From the NCBI GenBank assembly GCA_044220955.1, contig JBGAQA010000090.1:1-26418 (forward strand): DNA of 26,418 nucleotides, given 5' to 3'. Both the position numbers and the translations under genes were made by a program. Below, one piece after another: positions 1 to 7,779 of this stretch (the first letter of the stretch is position 1; every line of letters begins with the position of its first letter). The notes beneath the pieces are model-generated. The model ran no database searches and was not told the DNA's origin. It worked only from the letters and a program-made list of their open reading frames with translations. The stretch is from Sandaracinaceae bacterium. GTDB taxonomy: Bacteria > Myxococcota_A > Polyangia > Polyangiales > Sandaracinaceae.

Positions 1-286
1 CGTCGTTCGTGCGGGCGGTCTTGACGGCGACCTCGCGCGAGAGCGAGCGCTGCTCGGCGAGGTGGACCACGCCCATGCCCCCACGCGCGAGCTCGCGCAC
101 GATCGCCAGGTCGGTGTCCGGGTCGGGGACGAGCGAGACGCGCGGCAAGGGCGCCCTGCTCGGCACCGACGGCCCGCGTCGCGGCAGCGTCGCCGACGTG
201 ACGCCGAGCTCGGTGGGCGCGATCGCCAGGCGCCCGAGCGTGCTCGCGATCTCCTGCTCGGCCCGCTCTCGCTCCATCCTGCGCAT
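1..286 (-). CDS. Ser/Thr protein kinase (Hanks type), N-terminal part; runs off the left edge
   Basis: Manual translation of the minus strand from the ATG at 286 (alternative 277) gives ...DLAIVRELARGGMGVVHLAEQRSLSREVAVKT. This contains the Gly-rich loop (subdomain I) and VAVK (subdomain II). An in-frame stop lies upstream at 326-328. Not in the ORF track because it is truncated. Confidence 0.85.
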   Translation of the reverse strand, partial: MRRMERERAEQEIASTLGRLAIAPTELGVTSATLPRRGPSVPSRAPLPRVSLVPDPDTDLAIVRELARGGMGVVHLAEQRSLSREVAVKTARTND

Positions 287-379
287 GGTAGCCGACGCGA
301 CCGCACCATCAGTCGGGCTGATGGCTCACATGAATCCATCCGATTTCCCGCGGCACCCGCTCCGGCGCACGATGACGTG

Positions 380-1429
380 ATGCATCGCTTTCTGGCTCTG
401 GCCTCGGTCGTCGCGCTCGCTCTGCCCGGCTGCTCGGGCGCACACACGCTCCCGTCCGAGGACGCCGGAGCGCCGTCCGGCGACGCCGACGCCCCCGTGC
501 CGCGGGCCTGTCGCCTCGCCAGCCCCGCGCCGGCGCCTGCGTTCGCGGGGCAGGGCTGCTACTGCGACGGCCCCTTCGTCGTCCGCGGCACGCTCGCGTA
601 CCGGCAGTCGTACGAGCTGGAGGTGATCGACGTGTCCGTGCCCGGCGCGCCGCGCCTCGTGACGTCGGTGCCGCAGCAGGCGGTCTTCTCGACCGACGTG
701 GACGTCGTGGGCGAGGTGCTCTTCGCGTCGGGCGGCGTGCTCGAGCGCTTCGACCTCGCCGATCCGATCGCGCCCGTCTCGCTCGGCGTCACCGACGTCG
801 GCGGCCACGTCGAGGCGATGGCCACGCTCGGATCGCGCATGGTGGTCTCCATCACGCGCGAGGATCGCTCTCACGCGATCGTGCCCATCGACGTGACGGA
901 CCCGCGCCGGCCCGTCCTCGGCACGCCGGTCGAGCTCGGCACCCTCGGCGCTGGCTCGGTCGCGATGCGCGGGACGATCGCGCTCGCGGCGGCGCTCGAC
1001 ACGAGCGTCGCCTCCGGTCCGGCCCGCCTCGTCGCCATCGACGTCGCCGACGTGCGCGCGGCGCGGGTGGTCGGCGCGCTCGAGACGACCTCGAGCTTCC
1101 TGTCGAGCGTCGCCGTCCACGACCAGCGCCTCTTCGTCGGCGGCATCGAGACGGGCGTCCGCGCGTTCGACGTGAGCGACCCGGCCGCGATGCGCGACCT
1201 CGGCATCGTCGTGCCGAGCACGCCCGGCCAGCAGGCGGTCACGATCAGCGGCGATGTCCTCGTCGTGTCCGGGCAGGGCCTCGGTCTCTACGATCTGTCG
1301 GCGCCCGGACTGCCCTTCCTCGGCCGAGCCGATCCGACCTCCGACAGTCCGCACGCGCAGCTCGCCGGGGCGCAGCTCCTGGGCTCCGGCGGCAACAACA
1401 TGTTCTCCGTGCCGCTCACCTGCGACTGA
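380..1429 (+). CDS. LVIVD-repeat beta-propeller lipoprotein
   Basis: ATG at 380 gives MHRFLALASVVALALPGC (signal peptide with lipobox). Repeated LEVIDVSVPGAP / IVPIDVTDPRRP / LVAIDVADVRAA / VRAFDVSDPAAM units match LVIVD repeats. The ORF-track extension to 62 is Arg-rich shadow sequence. Confidence 0.8.
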   Translation: MHRFLALASVVALALPGCSGAHTLPSEDAGAPSGDADAPVPRACRLASPAPAPAFAGQGCYCDGPFVVRGTLAYRQSYELEVIDVSVPGAPRLVTSVPQQAVFSTDVDVVGEVLFASGGVLERFDLADPIAPVSLGVTDVGGHVEAMATLGSRMVVSITREDRSHAIVPIDVTDPRRPVLGTPVELGTLGAGSVAMRGTIALAAALDTSVASGPARLVAIDVADVRAARVVGALETTSSFLSSVAVHDQRLFVGGIETGVRAFDVSDPAAMRDLGIVVPSTPGQQAVTISGDVLVVSGQGLGLYDLSAPGLPFLGRADPTSDSPHAQLAGAQLLGSGGNNMFSVPLTCD

Positions 1430-1453
1430 GGTCGAGGCAGCGCGCGGCCGGGG

Positions 1454-2341
1454 TCAGGCGGCGGCGAGCTCTGCGCTGCTCGACTGCGCGGGGAGCGCGG
1501 GCGGCTTGCTCAGTCCCGTGACCAGCCCGAAGAACCAGTCGGTCACGAACGTCGGGACGAGCGCCATGAGCACCGGGCCCATCGCGTTGTAGAAGGGCGC
1601 GACGTAGCGTGCGCGCGGCAAGCGCGAGACGGCCGCGCTCTCGATCGCCCGGCATACGCTCGCGGGGCCGACGGCGAAGCGCTCCGAGCCCTTCCCGGCC
1701 TCGGCGACGCGCTGCAGGATCGGCGCGTAGGGTGAGCGCGGGTCGGCGGCGTACTTCTCGACGTAGGCCATGGTCGTCGCGGTGAAGTCGCTCTTGATGT
1801 AGCCGGGCTCGATCACCGACACCTTCACCCCGAAGCCGCGCAGCTCCATGCGGAGCGCGTCGCTCATCGCCTCCACGGCGTACTTGGTCGCGTGGTAGGC
1901 GCCGCCGAGCGGGAAGGTCATACGACCGCCGACGCTCGAGACGTTCACGATGCGGCCGCTCCGCCGCTCGCGCATCGCGGGGAGGAACGCGCGCGTGACG
2001 GCGAGCAGGCCGAACACGTTGGTGTCGAACTGCGCGCGCACGTCGGCGTCGCTCAGCATCTCGAGCGGACCGGCGAGGCCGTAGCCGGCGTTGTTCACGA
2101 GCACGTCGAGCCCGTAGCCGTTCGTGAGGCGATCGACCTCGGCCTTCGCGGTGTCGATCGAGCTCTGGCGGGTGACGTCGAGGGCGAGCGCCTCGATGCC
2201 GGCGGCGCGCAGCTCGGCGAGGGCCTTCTCGTTGCGGCCGGTGCCGATGACGCGATGGCCCCTGGACCGAAGGTGGAGGGCGGCAGCCTTGCCGATGCCT
2301 GCGGTCGCGCCGGTGACGAGGATCGTGAGTGAGCGGGCCAT
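1454..2341 (-). CDS. Short-chain dehydrogenase/reductase (classical SDR)
   Basis: TGATAGIG (TGxxxGIG), NNAG, catalytic Ser in NVSS and YHATK (YxxxK). RBS AAGGAG upstream of the ATG. Confidence 0.95.
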   Translation of the reverse strand: MARSLTILVTGATAGIGKAAALHLRSRGHRVIGTGRNEKALAELRAAGIEALALDVTRQSSIDTAKAEVDRLTNGYGLDVLVNNAGYGLAGPLEMLSDADVRAQFDTNVFGLLAVTRAFLPAMRERRSGRIVNVSSVGGRMTFPLGGAYHATKYAVEAMSDALRMELRGFGVKVSVIEPGYIKSDFTATTMAYVEKYAADPRSPYAPILQRVAEAGKGSERFAVGPASVCRAIESAAVSRLPRARYVAPFYNAMGPVLMALVPTFVTDWFFGLVTGLSKPPALPAQSSSAELAAA

Positions 2342-2386
2342 GGTCGTTCTCCTTCTTTCTATCGAGCGATACGGGTTTGGTCGGAC

Positions 2387-2403
2387 TGAATGTTCATTCC
2401 ACG
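2387..2403. promoter_or_regulatory. Putative TetR operator upstream of the SDR gene
   Basis: TGAATGTTCATTCCACG, 16/17 identical to the site at 3045-3061. AT-rich near-palindrome about 46 bp upstream of the SDR start. Confidence 0.7.
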
Positions 2404-2452
2404 AACAGGGACAGAAAAGCCGGTGACTGGCGGACGCCAGACACCGGCGGGC

Positions 2453-3055
2453 TCAGGCGCGCAGCGCTTCCCAGGTCAGCAGCTCGAACCGATCGAGCAC
2501 CTCGGGCGAGAGGTCCAGCATCCCCTGCCGGGCGCAGCGGATCAGCTGGATGAGGCCGCCCCACACGAGCGAGATGAGCAGCGCCGGATCTTCGTCGCGC
2601 GTGGCCTTGAGGATGCGGCTCGCGCCCAGGATCGACTGCGCGAGGGTGAGCACCCGGTTCTCGAGAGCGCGGCTCTCGTCGTCGAGATACGGCGCGTGGT
2701 GGTGTAGCTCGAGAAAGTCGAATGCCTGCGGGTTCTTCTGAGCGAAATCCACAGCGCGTCGGAAGACATGAGACCACTGGGCGCGGGTCGTCTTCTCCAC
2801 CGGGAAGTCCGCGCTGACGCCGTCGATGAAGGCCATCTTCCAGCGGCGGTAGAGCGCGTTGACGAGCGCCTCCTTGCTGGCGAAGTAGCGGTAGATCGTG
2901 CCTGCGCCGACGCCCGCTCGCTCGGCGACGAGGGGGACGGGCGTGCCGTGGAACCCCCGCTCGGCGAAGAGCGAGAGCGCGGCGTCGAGGATGCGCTCGC
3001 GCTTGTCGCTCGGCTCGCTGCGGTGCGTCGCGGTGGCCACGGTATGAACGTTCAT
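2453..3055 (-). CDS. TetR/AcrR family transcriptional regulator
   Basis: RERILDAALSLFAERGFHGT...VAERAGVGAGTIYRYFASKEAL is a TetR HTH. The start is either ATG 3055 or GTG 3040. Confidence 0.92.
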   Translation of the reverse strand: MNVHTVATATHRSEPSDKRERILDAALSLFAERGFHGTPVPLVAERAGVGAGTIYRYFASKEALVNALYRRWKMAFIDGVSADFPVEKTTRAQWSHVFRRAVDFAQKNPQAFDFLELHHHAPYLDDESRALENRVLTLAQSILGASRILKATRDEDPALLISLVWGGLIQLIRCARQGMLDLSPEVLDRFELLTWEALRA

Positions 3056-3061
3056 TCCACG
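3044..3061. promoter_or_regulatory. Putative autoregulatory TetR operator
   Basis: Perfect 12-bp palindrome ATGAACGTTCAT (3044-3055) overlapping the tetR start region. A TTGACG -35-like hexamer lies on the minus strand at 3074-3079. Confidence 0.72.
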
Positions 3062-3110
3062 CGCGCGTGCCGGCGTCAAGGATTTCTTGTCCCCAGCAGG
3101 TGGAGGAATC

Positions 3111-3153
3111 GGGGTGGCCAATCCCCGAGCCAGTGGGGGGGCCTGACGACCCC
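3111..3153. promoter_or_regulatory. Tandem GGGG-N8-CCCC boxes, candidate upstream activator sites
   Basis: GGGGtggccaatCCCC (3111-3126, extends to TCGGGG...CCCCGA) and GGGGcctgacgaCCCC (3138-3153), upstream of a sigma54-like promoter. Confidence 0.4.
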
Positions 3154-3189
3154 ACCTACGATCTGCGCGGTTTCCTGCGGACGTCGGGG

Positions 3190-3204
3190 CGGCACGCACG
3201 TTGC
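3190..3204 (+). promoter_or_regulatory. Sigma54 (-24/-12) promoter
   Basis: CGGCACGCACGTTGC: GG at 3191-3192 and GC at 3203-3204 with the exact N10 spacing. It matches the YGGCAC-N5-TTGC consensus and lies 14 bp before the ATG at 3219. Confidence 0.7.
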
Positions 3205-3218
3205 GGAAGCGCTGCGAC

Positions 3219-4250
3219 ATGCGGTCCTTCATCCCCCTCGCGGCCCTCGTCCTGCCTCTCTCCTCCTGCGCGCCGCACGCGGCCTCGCGCGGCGCGGGCG
3301 CCGACCCGGCCTATGCGCTGGACGCGTACTGCGCGATCGCCGGGACGGAGGGGCTCTTCGACTGGACCGGCGGCGCGCTGGTGGCGTGCCCCGGCCTCGC
3401 GTCCGGGTCGGGCGAGGCGGAAGAGGATGGCAGCGGCTGCGGCGTCGCGACGATCGACGCGAGCGGGCGCGCGCACGAGACGACGTTCGGCGACGCGCGC
3501 GGCGCGCAGGTGCTAGCCGACGGTCGCGTGCTGGTCTGGGGTTTCGACGGCTCGCTCACGCTGCGCAGCGGCAGCGCGCCGACGCGGGTGATCGCCGAGG
3601 TCGCGCTCGATCCCTGGCTCGACGCCGCGAGCAACCGCATCGCTTACGTCGCGCCCGCCGCCGGAGCGACGGCGATCGAGCCCGGCGACGACCGCCGCGT
3701 CGTCGTCTACGACGTCGCGACGCAGACCGAGCTCGAGGTGCTCGCCGACGCGACGGCGTCGTCGCCCGTCGTGATCCCGGGCACCGACGAGGTCCTCTAC
3801 GTGTCGAGCGCCGCCGGGACCGCCGCGGTCTTCCGTGCGAGCGCGCGGGTGGCTGCCGCCGACCCGACACCCGACCCCTGCGAGGGCGGGCGCACCGGCG
3901 ACCCGAGCGATCCGGCGAGCGAGTGCACGCCGGCCGACTCGAGCACGACGTTCGTGCAGATCACCAACCTCACGCCCGAGATCCCGCAGACGAACCTGCC
4001 GCCGTTCGGCCGGCAGCACCTCTTCGTGGGCGAGGGCGACACGCTGCGCCTCGTCTTCGCGGCCCTCGTGCCGACCGAGTCGGGCGCGCTCGCGAGCGAG
4101 GTCTTCGCGCTCGACCCGCGCACCGGCGAGGCCGAGGATCTCGGTCCGGGCAGCTTCCCGCAGCGCGGCGCCCGGGGCTCGGTGCTCGCGCGCACGGGCG
4201 AGAGCAGTTGCGTCGCCGTCCAGTACCTCGGCGCGGGAGCGACGCCATGA
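3219..4250 (+). CDS. Hypothetical lipoprotein, probable TolB-like beta-propeller
   Basis: MRSFIPLAALVLPLSSC signal/lipobox. Blade-like segments (LDPWLDAASNRIAYV, SSPVVIPGTDEVLYVS, VFALDPRTGEAEDL). The stop overlaps the next ATG (ATGA). Confidence 0.7.
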   Translation: MRSFIPLAALVLPLSSCAPHAASRGAGADPAYALDAYCAIAGTEGLFDWTGGALVACPGLASGSGEAEEDGSGCGVATIDASGRAHETTFGDARGAQVLADGRVLVWGFDGSLTLRSGSAPTRVIAEVALDPWLDAASNRIAYVAPAAGATAIEPGDDRRVVVYDVATQTELEVLADATASSPVVIPGTDEVLYVSSAAGTAAVFRASARVAAADPTPDPCEGGRTGDPSDPASECTPADSSTTFVQITNLTPEIPQTNLPPFGRQHLFVGEGDTLRLVFAALVPTESGALASEVFALDPRTGEAEDLGPGSFPQRGARGSVLARTGESSCVAVQYLGAGATP

Positions 4251-6589
4251 GCCGCGCGCGCATCGCCGCGGCCCTGGCCGCCGTCCTCGCCCTGGCCTGT
4301 CAAGCGCAGCCCGGCGACTTCGCCGTGGCCGCCGAGGGCGACATCCACTCGGAGTGCGCGACCGGCGCCACGACCCGGGGCATCGACGTCTCGGCCTGGC
4401 AGGGCGCCATCGACTGGCGCCGCGTCGCCGCGAGCGGCGTGGAGTTCTCGTTCATCCGCGTCTCGGACGGCACGCACTCGATCGACAGCCGCTTCACGCA
4501 GAACTGGTCGGGCGCCCGCTCGGCCGGCGTGCTGCGCGGCGCCTACCAGTTCTTCCGCGCCGGGCAGGACGTGCGGGCGCAGGCCAACATCATGATCGAC
4601 GCCCTGCGCGCCGATCCGGGCGAGCTCGCGCCGGTCATCGACGTCGAGGGCGAGTCGATCCAGGGGCGCTCCGCGGCGCAGGTCGTGGCGGCCGTGCGCC
4701 AGTGGATCGAGCTCGTCGGCGCGGCGACCGGCACGACGCCGATCATCTACACGGGCACCTACGTCACGGGCTCGAGCTCGCCGATGTACTCGTCGAACCC
4801 GCTCTGGGAGGCGGCCTACTTCCTCGACTACACGTCGTCGCACTGCCCTCGGATCAACGACAACTGGGATCGCTGGACGTTCTGGCAGTACTCCGACCGC
4901 GGTCACGTGCCCGGCATCACCGGCAACGTCGACATGGACGTGTTCAACGGCACCAGCGAGGAGCTCGCGGCCTTCGCGGGCGGTCGCGCGCCGATGCCGC
5001 CGCCGCCGCCGACGGCCGGCTCGGGCGACCTCTCGTACCCGACCGACGCGCACGTCGTGAGCTCGTACGTCTCGCACCGGCAGGGGAGCGGCCTGGTCCG
5101 CTACGACTGCGGCTCGATCTCGCGCTCCGGGCACAAGGGAACGGACTTCGCCGTGCCGCGCGGGACGCCGGTGCACGCGTCGGCGCCGGGCGAGGTGATC
5201 CGCGCGGTCGACGGCTGCGTGGAGGGCGCGTCGTCCTGCGGCGGCCAGTTCGGCAACCACGTGATCATCCAGCACGCGAGCGGTCGTGCGACCCTCTACG
5301 CGCACATGACGAACGGCTCGGTGCGCGTGCGCGCCGGTCAGCGCGTCGAGTGCGGGCAGGAGCTCGGCCTCTCGGGCAGCACGGGCCACTCGACGGGGCC
5401 GCACGTGCACTTCGAGGTCCGCGATGGCGTCACGGGCATGGGCAACTACTACGACCGCACCCCCACCGATCCCTTCGGCGGCCACTGCTCCTCGCAGCCG
5501 CACGATCTCTGGGGCGACGCGTGCCGGCCGACGGAGGCGCGCGACGACGCGCGCTACGTGTCGAGCACCTACCCGCGCCAGATCACGGTGACGCCGGGCC
5601 AGACGATCACGCAGGCGTGGCGCCTCGAGAACACGGGGACGACGACGTGGACCGACGAGGAGCACTACGCCCTCGTGCGCACGAGCGGCCCGAGCTTGAT
5701 GGGGCTCGCGCGCGCGGCGGTGCCGTCCCGCGTCGCCCCGCACGCGCAGATGCGCTTCGAGGTGACCTTCCAGGCTCCGACGGAGCCGGGCAGCTACGTC
5801 GTCACCTACCAGATGTCGCACGGCACGAGTCAGTTCGGCGACGTGGTCCAGCTCTCGATCCGCGTGCCGGGCGCGGCCTCGTGCCACTCGGCGACGCTCG
5901 GCACGAACGTGCCCTCGGGCACCTGCGTGCAGGTCGCCTACGCCGGCTGCGGGCAGTCGAGCTGCGGGTGGTACGCGTGCAACGGTGGCGCGTGGACCTG
6001 CACGAGCCCGAGCGCGTGCACCGGCGAGAGCCACCCGAACGAGGCGTGCGCGCCGCCGCCTCCGCCGCCCTCGAGCGGCGCGTGCGAGACGCTCTCGTGC
6101 GGCGACTGTGTCGCGACGCCGGACTGCACCTTCTGTCCCGGCAGCGGGCAGTGCGTCGCCACGGCCGATGCGGGCAGCTGCGCGGGAGGCACGACGAACA
6201 GCGTCGGGGCGTGCGACGAGTGCCACCCCGTCGGGTTCACCTGTACGGACCGCTTCGACTGCTGCGGCGCGACGACGAGCTCGGACATCCAGTGCATCCA
6301 GGGCTTCTGCGAGGACACGACGATGTGCGAGATGAACGGCGACACGTGCGCGCCGGGCGACACCAACACGCACTGCTGCGGTCTCGGTCTCTGCGGCCAG
6401 GACACCGGCGGGAGCTGGGAGTGCTGCCTCGCGCCGAACAACCAGTGCGCGTCCGACGCCGACTGCTGCGGGTTCGAGCGCTGCACCGGCGGCGTCTGCC
6501 AGGCGCAGGCGGTCGGGCAGAGCTGCATGAACACGCAGGAGTGCGACGGCGCGAGCTACTGCCTCGACGATCACACCTGCGGGTTCTGA
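4247..6589 (+). CDS. Multidomain peptidoglycan hydrolase lipoprotein: GH25 muramidase + M23 peptidase + NBR1-like Ig domain + Cys-rich tail (780 aa)
   Basis: Signal MSRARIAAALAAVLALAC. GH25 motifs GIDVSAWQG, GAYQF, IDVE (DxE), WQYS, VDMD. M23 motifs HKGTD (HxxxD), YAHM, STGPHVHFE (HxH). Ig-like PGQTITQAWRLENTGTTTW. 38 Cys in the C-terminal ~235 aa. Confidence 0.9.
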   Translation: MSRARIAAALAAVLALACQAQPGDFAVAAEGDIHSECATGATTRGIDVSAWQGAIDWRRVAASGVEFSFIRVSDGTHSIDSRFTQNWSGARSAGVLRGAYQFFRAGQDVRAQANIMIDALRADPGELAPVIDVEGESIQGRSAAQVVAAVRQWIELVGAATGTTPIIYTGTYVTGSSSPMYSSNPLWEAAYFLDYTSSHCPRINDNWDRWTFWQYSDRGHVPGITGNVDMDVFNGTSEELAAFAGGRAPMPPPPPTAGSGDLSYPTDAHVVSSYVSHRQGSGLVRYDCGSISRSGHKGTDFAVPRGTPVHASAPGEVIRAVDGCVEGASSCGGQFGNHVIIQHASGRATLYAHMTNGSVRVRAGQRVECGQELGLSGSTGHSTGPHVHFEVRDGVTGMGNYYDRTPTDPFGGHCSSQPHDLWGDACRPTEARDDARYVSSTYPRQITVTPGQTITQAWRLENTGTTTWTDEEHYALVRTSGPSLMGLARAAVPSRVAPHAQMRFEVTFQAPTEPGSYVVTYQMSHGTSQFGDVVQLSIRVPGAASCHSATLGTNVPSGTCVQVAYAGCGQSSCGWYACNGGAWTCTSPSACTGESHPNEACAPPPPPPSSGACETLSCGDCVATPDCTFCPGSGQCVATADAGSCAGGTTNSVGACDECHPVGFTCTDRFDCCGATTSSDIQCIQGFCEDTTMCEMNGDTCAPGDTNTHCCGLGLCGQDTGGSWECCLAPNNQCASDADCCGFERCTGGVCQAQAVGQSCMNTQECDGASYCLDDHTCGF

Positions 6590-7665
6590 TGCGGCGTGTC
6601 CTGGCTCTCGCTCTCGTCTCGGCGTGCGGATGCGCGAGCCCGGGGATCGACGCGCGGCGCGGCGCGGACGCGGCCCCCGCCGACGCGCGCGCCCCGGAAC
6701 CGGACGCGCGGGACGCATGGACCCTCGTGGACGCCGTCCCGGCGGTCGATGGGCCCGTGCCCGTCGACGCCGCGAGCCCTCTCGACGTCGCGCCGCCGCT
6801 GCCCCCGGCTCGCTCCTGCGCGTACCGCTCGACCACGTTCGACGCCGCGATGCTCGAGCTCGACGCGGACCCGAGCTCGGCCACGCGCCTGCGCTTCGAG
6901 GTCGCGGACGTGCCCGCCCCTGCGCTCGTCGATCATGCGACGCTCGTCTTCGAGAGCTACGACGCCGATCACCCGGGAGACGAGGGCGTCGTCACCCTCA
7001 ACGGAGCCGGCCCGTTCCCCATCCCTGCGATGAGCGCCTGGGACAACGCCGCCGGCACGGGCAGCATCGACGTGACCGGGACGCTCGTCCCCGGGACGAA
7101 CCGGATCGAGTTCGGGCCGGGGCCCCTGCCACGCAGCTTCTTCCGCATCGGGGCCGTGCGGCTCGACCTCGAGGTGAGGATCGACGCGTGCGCGCCGCCG
7201 CCGACGTCGGCGCCCGTCGAGCGGCGCCTGCACTTCCACGAGGGGACCTTCACGAACCGCGCGACCTGGGTGGTGCCCTGTCCCCCGGGCCACCCGCGCT
7301 TCGCGGCGATCCGCGACTACGCCTTCACGGCGAGCGGCGCCGAGCACGAGCCCACCGACTGCGATGGGCTCTATCGCGCCGGGAGCGGCGAGCGGGGTAC
7401 GGCGACGTACGTGTTCGACGCAGTGACCGCCGCGACCTACGGCATCTACGTCTCGTTCCGCACGAGCGGCAACCGCAACCCGCGCGGCGCCCTCTTCGTG
7501 GTGAACGGGGAGGAGCGGCGCATCGATCAGGTCGACGCGTCGGGCGCATTCCGCGAGGTGCTCTGGGGCGAGCGCGCCCTCGCCGGCATGGTGACCGTCG
7601 TGCTCGACTCGTCGCGGGAGGCCGAGAGCGACTCGGTGACCGAGATCCGCCTCGTCCCTCGTTGA
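6589..7665 (+). CDS. Hypothetical lipoprotein with two beta-sandwich domains; C-terminal domain golvesin/xanthan-lyase CBM-like
   Basis: ATG overlaps the upstream stop (TGATG). MRRVLALALVSACGC lipobox followed by an Asp/Ala/Pro linker. C-terminal YGIYVSFRTSGNRNPRGALFVVNG..RRIDQ resembles the golvesin/Xly C-terminal domain. Confidence 0.7.
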   Translation: MRRVLALALVSACGCASPGIDARRGADAAPADARAPEPDARDAWTLVDAVPAVDGPVPVDAASPLDVAPPLPPARSCAYRSTTFDAAMLELDADPSSATRLRFEVADVPAPALVDHATLVFESYDADHPGDEGVVTLNGAGPFPIPAMSAWDNAAGTGSIDVTGTLVPGTNRIEFGPGPLPRSFFRIGAVRLDLEVRIDACAPPPTSAPVERRLHFHEGTFTNRATWVVPCPPGHPRFAAIRDYAFTASGAEHEPTDCDGLYRAGSGERGTATYVFDAVTAATYGIYVSFRTSGNRNPRGALFVVNGEERRIDQVDASGAFREVLWGERALAGMVTVVLDSSREAESDSVTEIRLVPR

Positions 7666-7779
7666 GCTCCCGCGGGCCCGACCTGGACATCTCCAGGTTG
7701 GCAGCCCCAACCGTCACCGTTCGGCCTCGTGCGAGCGGGTCACGCTTCTCGACGAAGAAGCAGAAACGCACGCGGGAGT
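7666..7779. other. Structured intergenic element (multi-hairpin; bidirectional terminator or small ncRNA candidate)
   Basis: Terminal inverted repeat CTCCCGCG (7667-7674) / CGCGGGAG (7771-7778) encloses hairpins at 7681-7698, 7717-7738 and 7744-7761. Lies between convergent genes. Confidence 0.4.

Noticed and set aside
2768..4246. N-terminal extensions making 1273-aa (2768-6589) and 1276-aa (3835-7665) proteins
   Set aside because: The extensions are Arg-rich off-frame readings over other genes. The true starts at 4247 and 6589 have signal peptides and stop/start overlaps.
4247..6589. Prophage endolysin / lysis cassette interpretation
   Set aside because: No holin, structural or integrase genes. 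The protein has a lipoprotein signal and host-like codon usage.
7700..7775. Possible HDV-like ribozyme, SRP RNA, tRNA or retron msr-msd in the structured intergenic region
   Set aside because: I could not build the HDV P1/P1.1 pairing. There is no SRP GGAA tetraloop motif, no TTC T-loop or CCA end, and no reverse transcriptase in the window.
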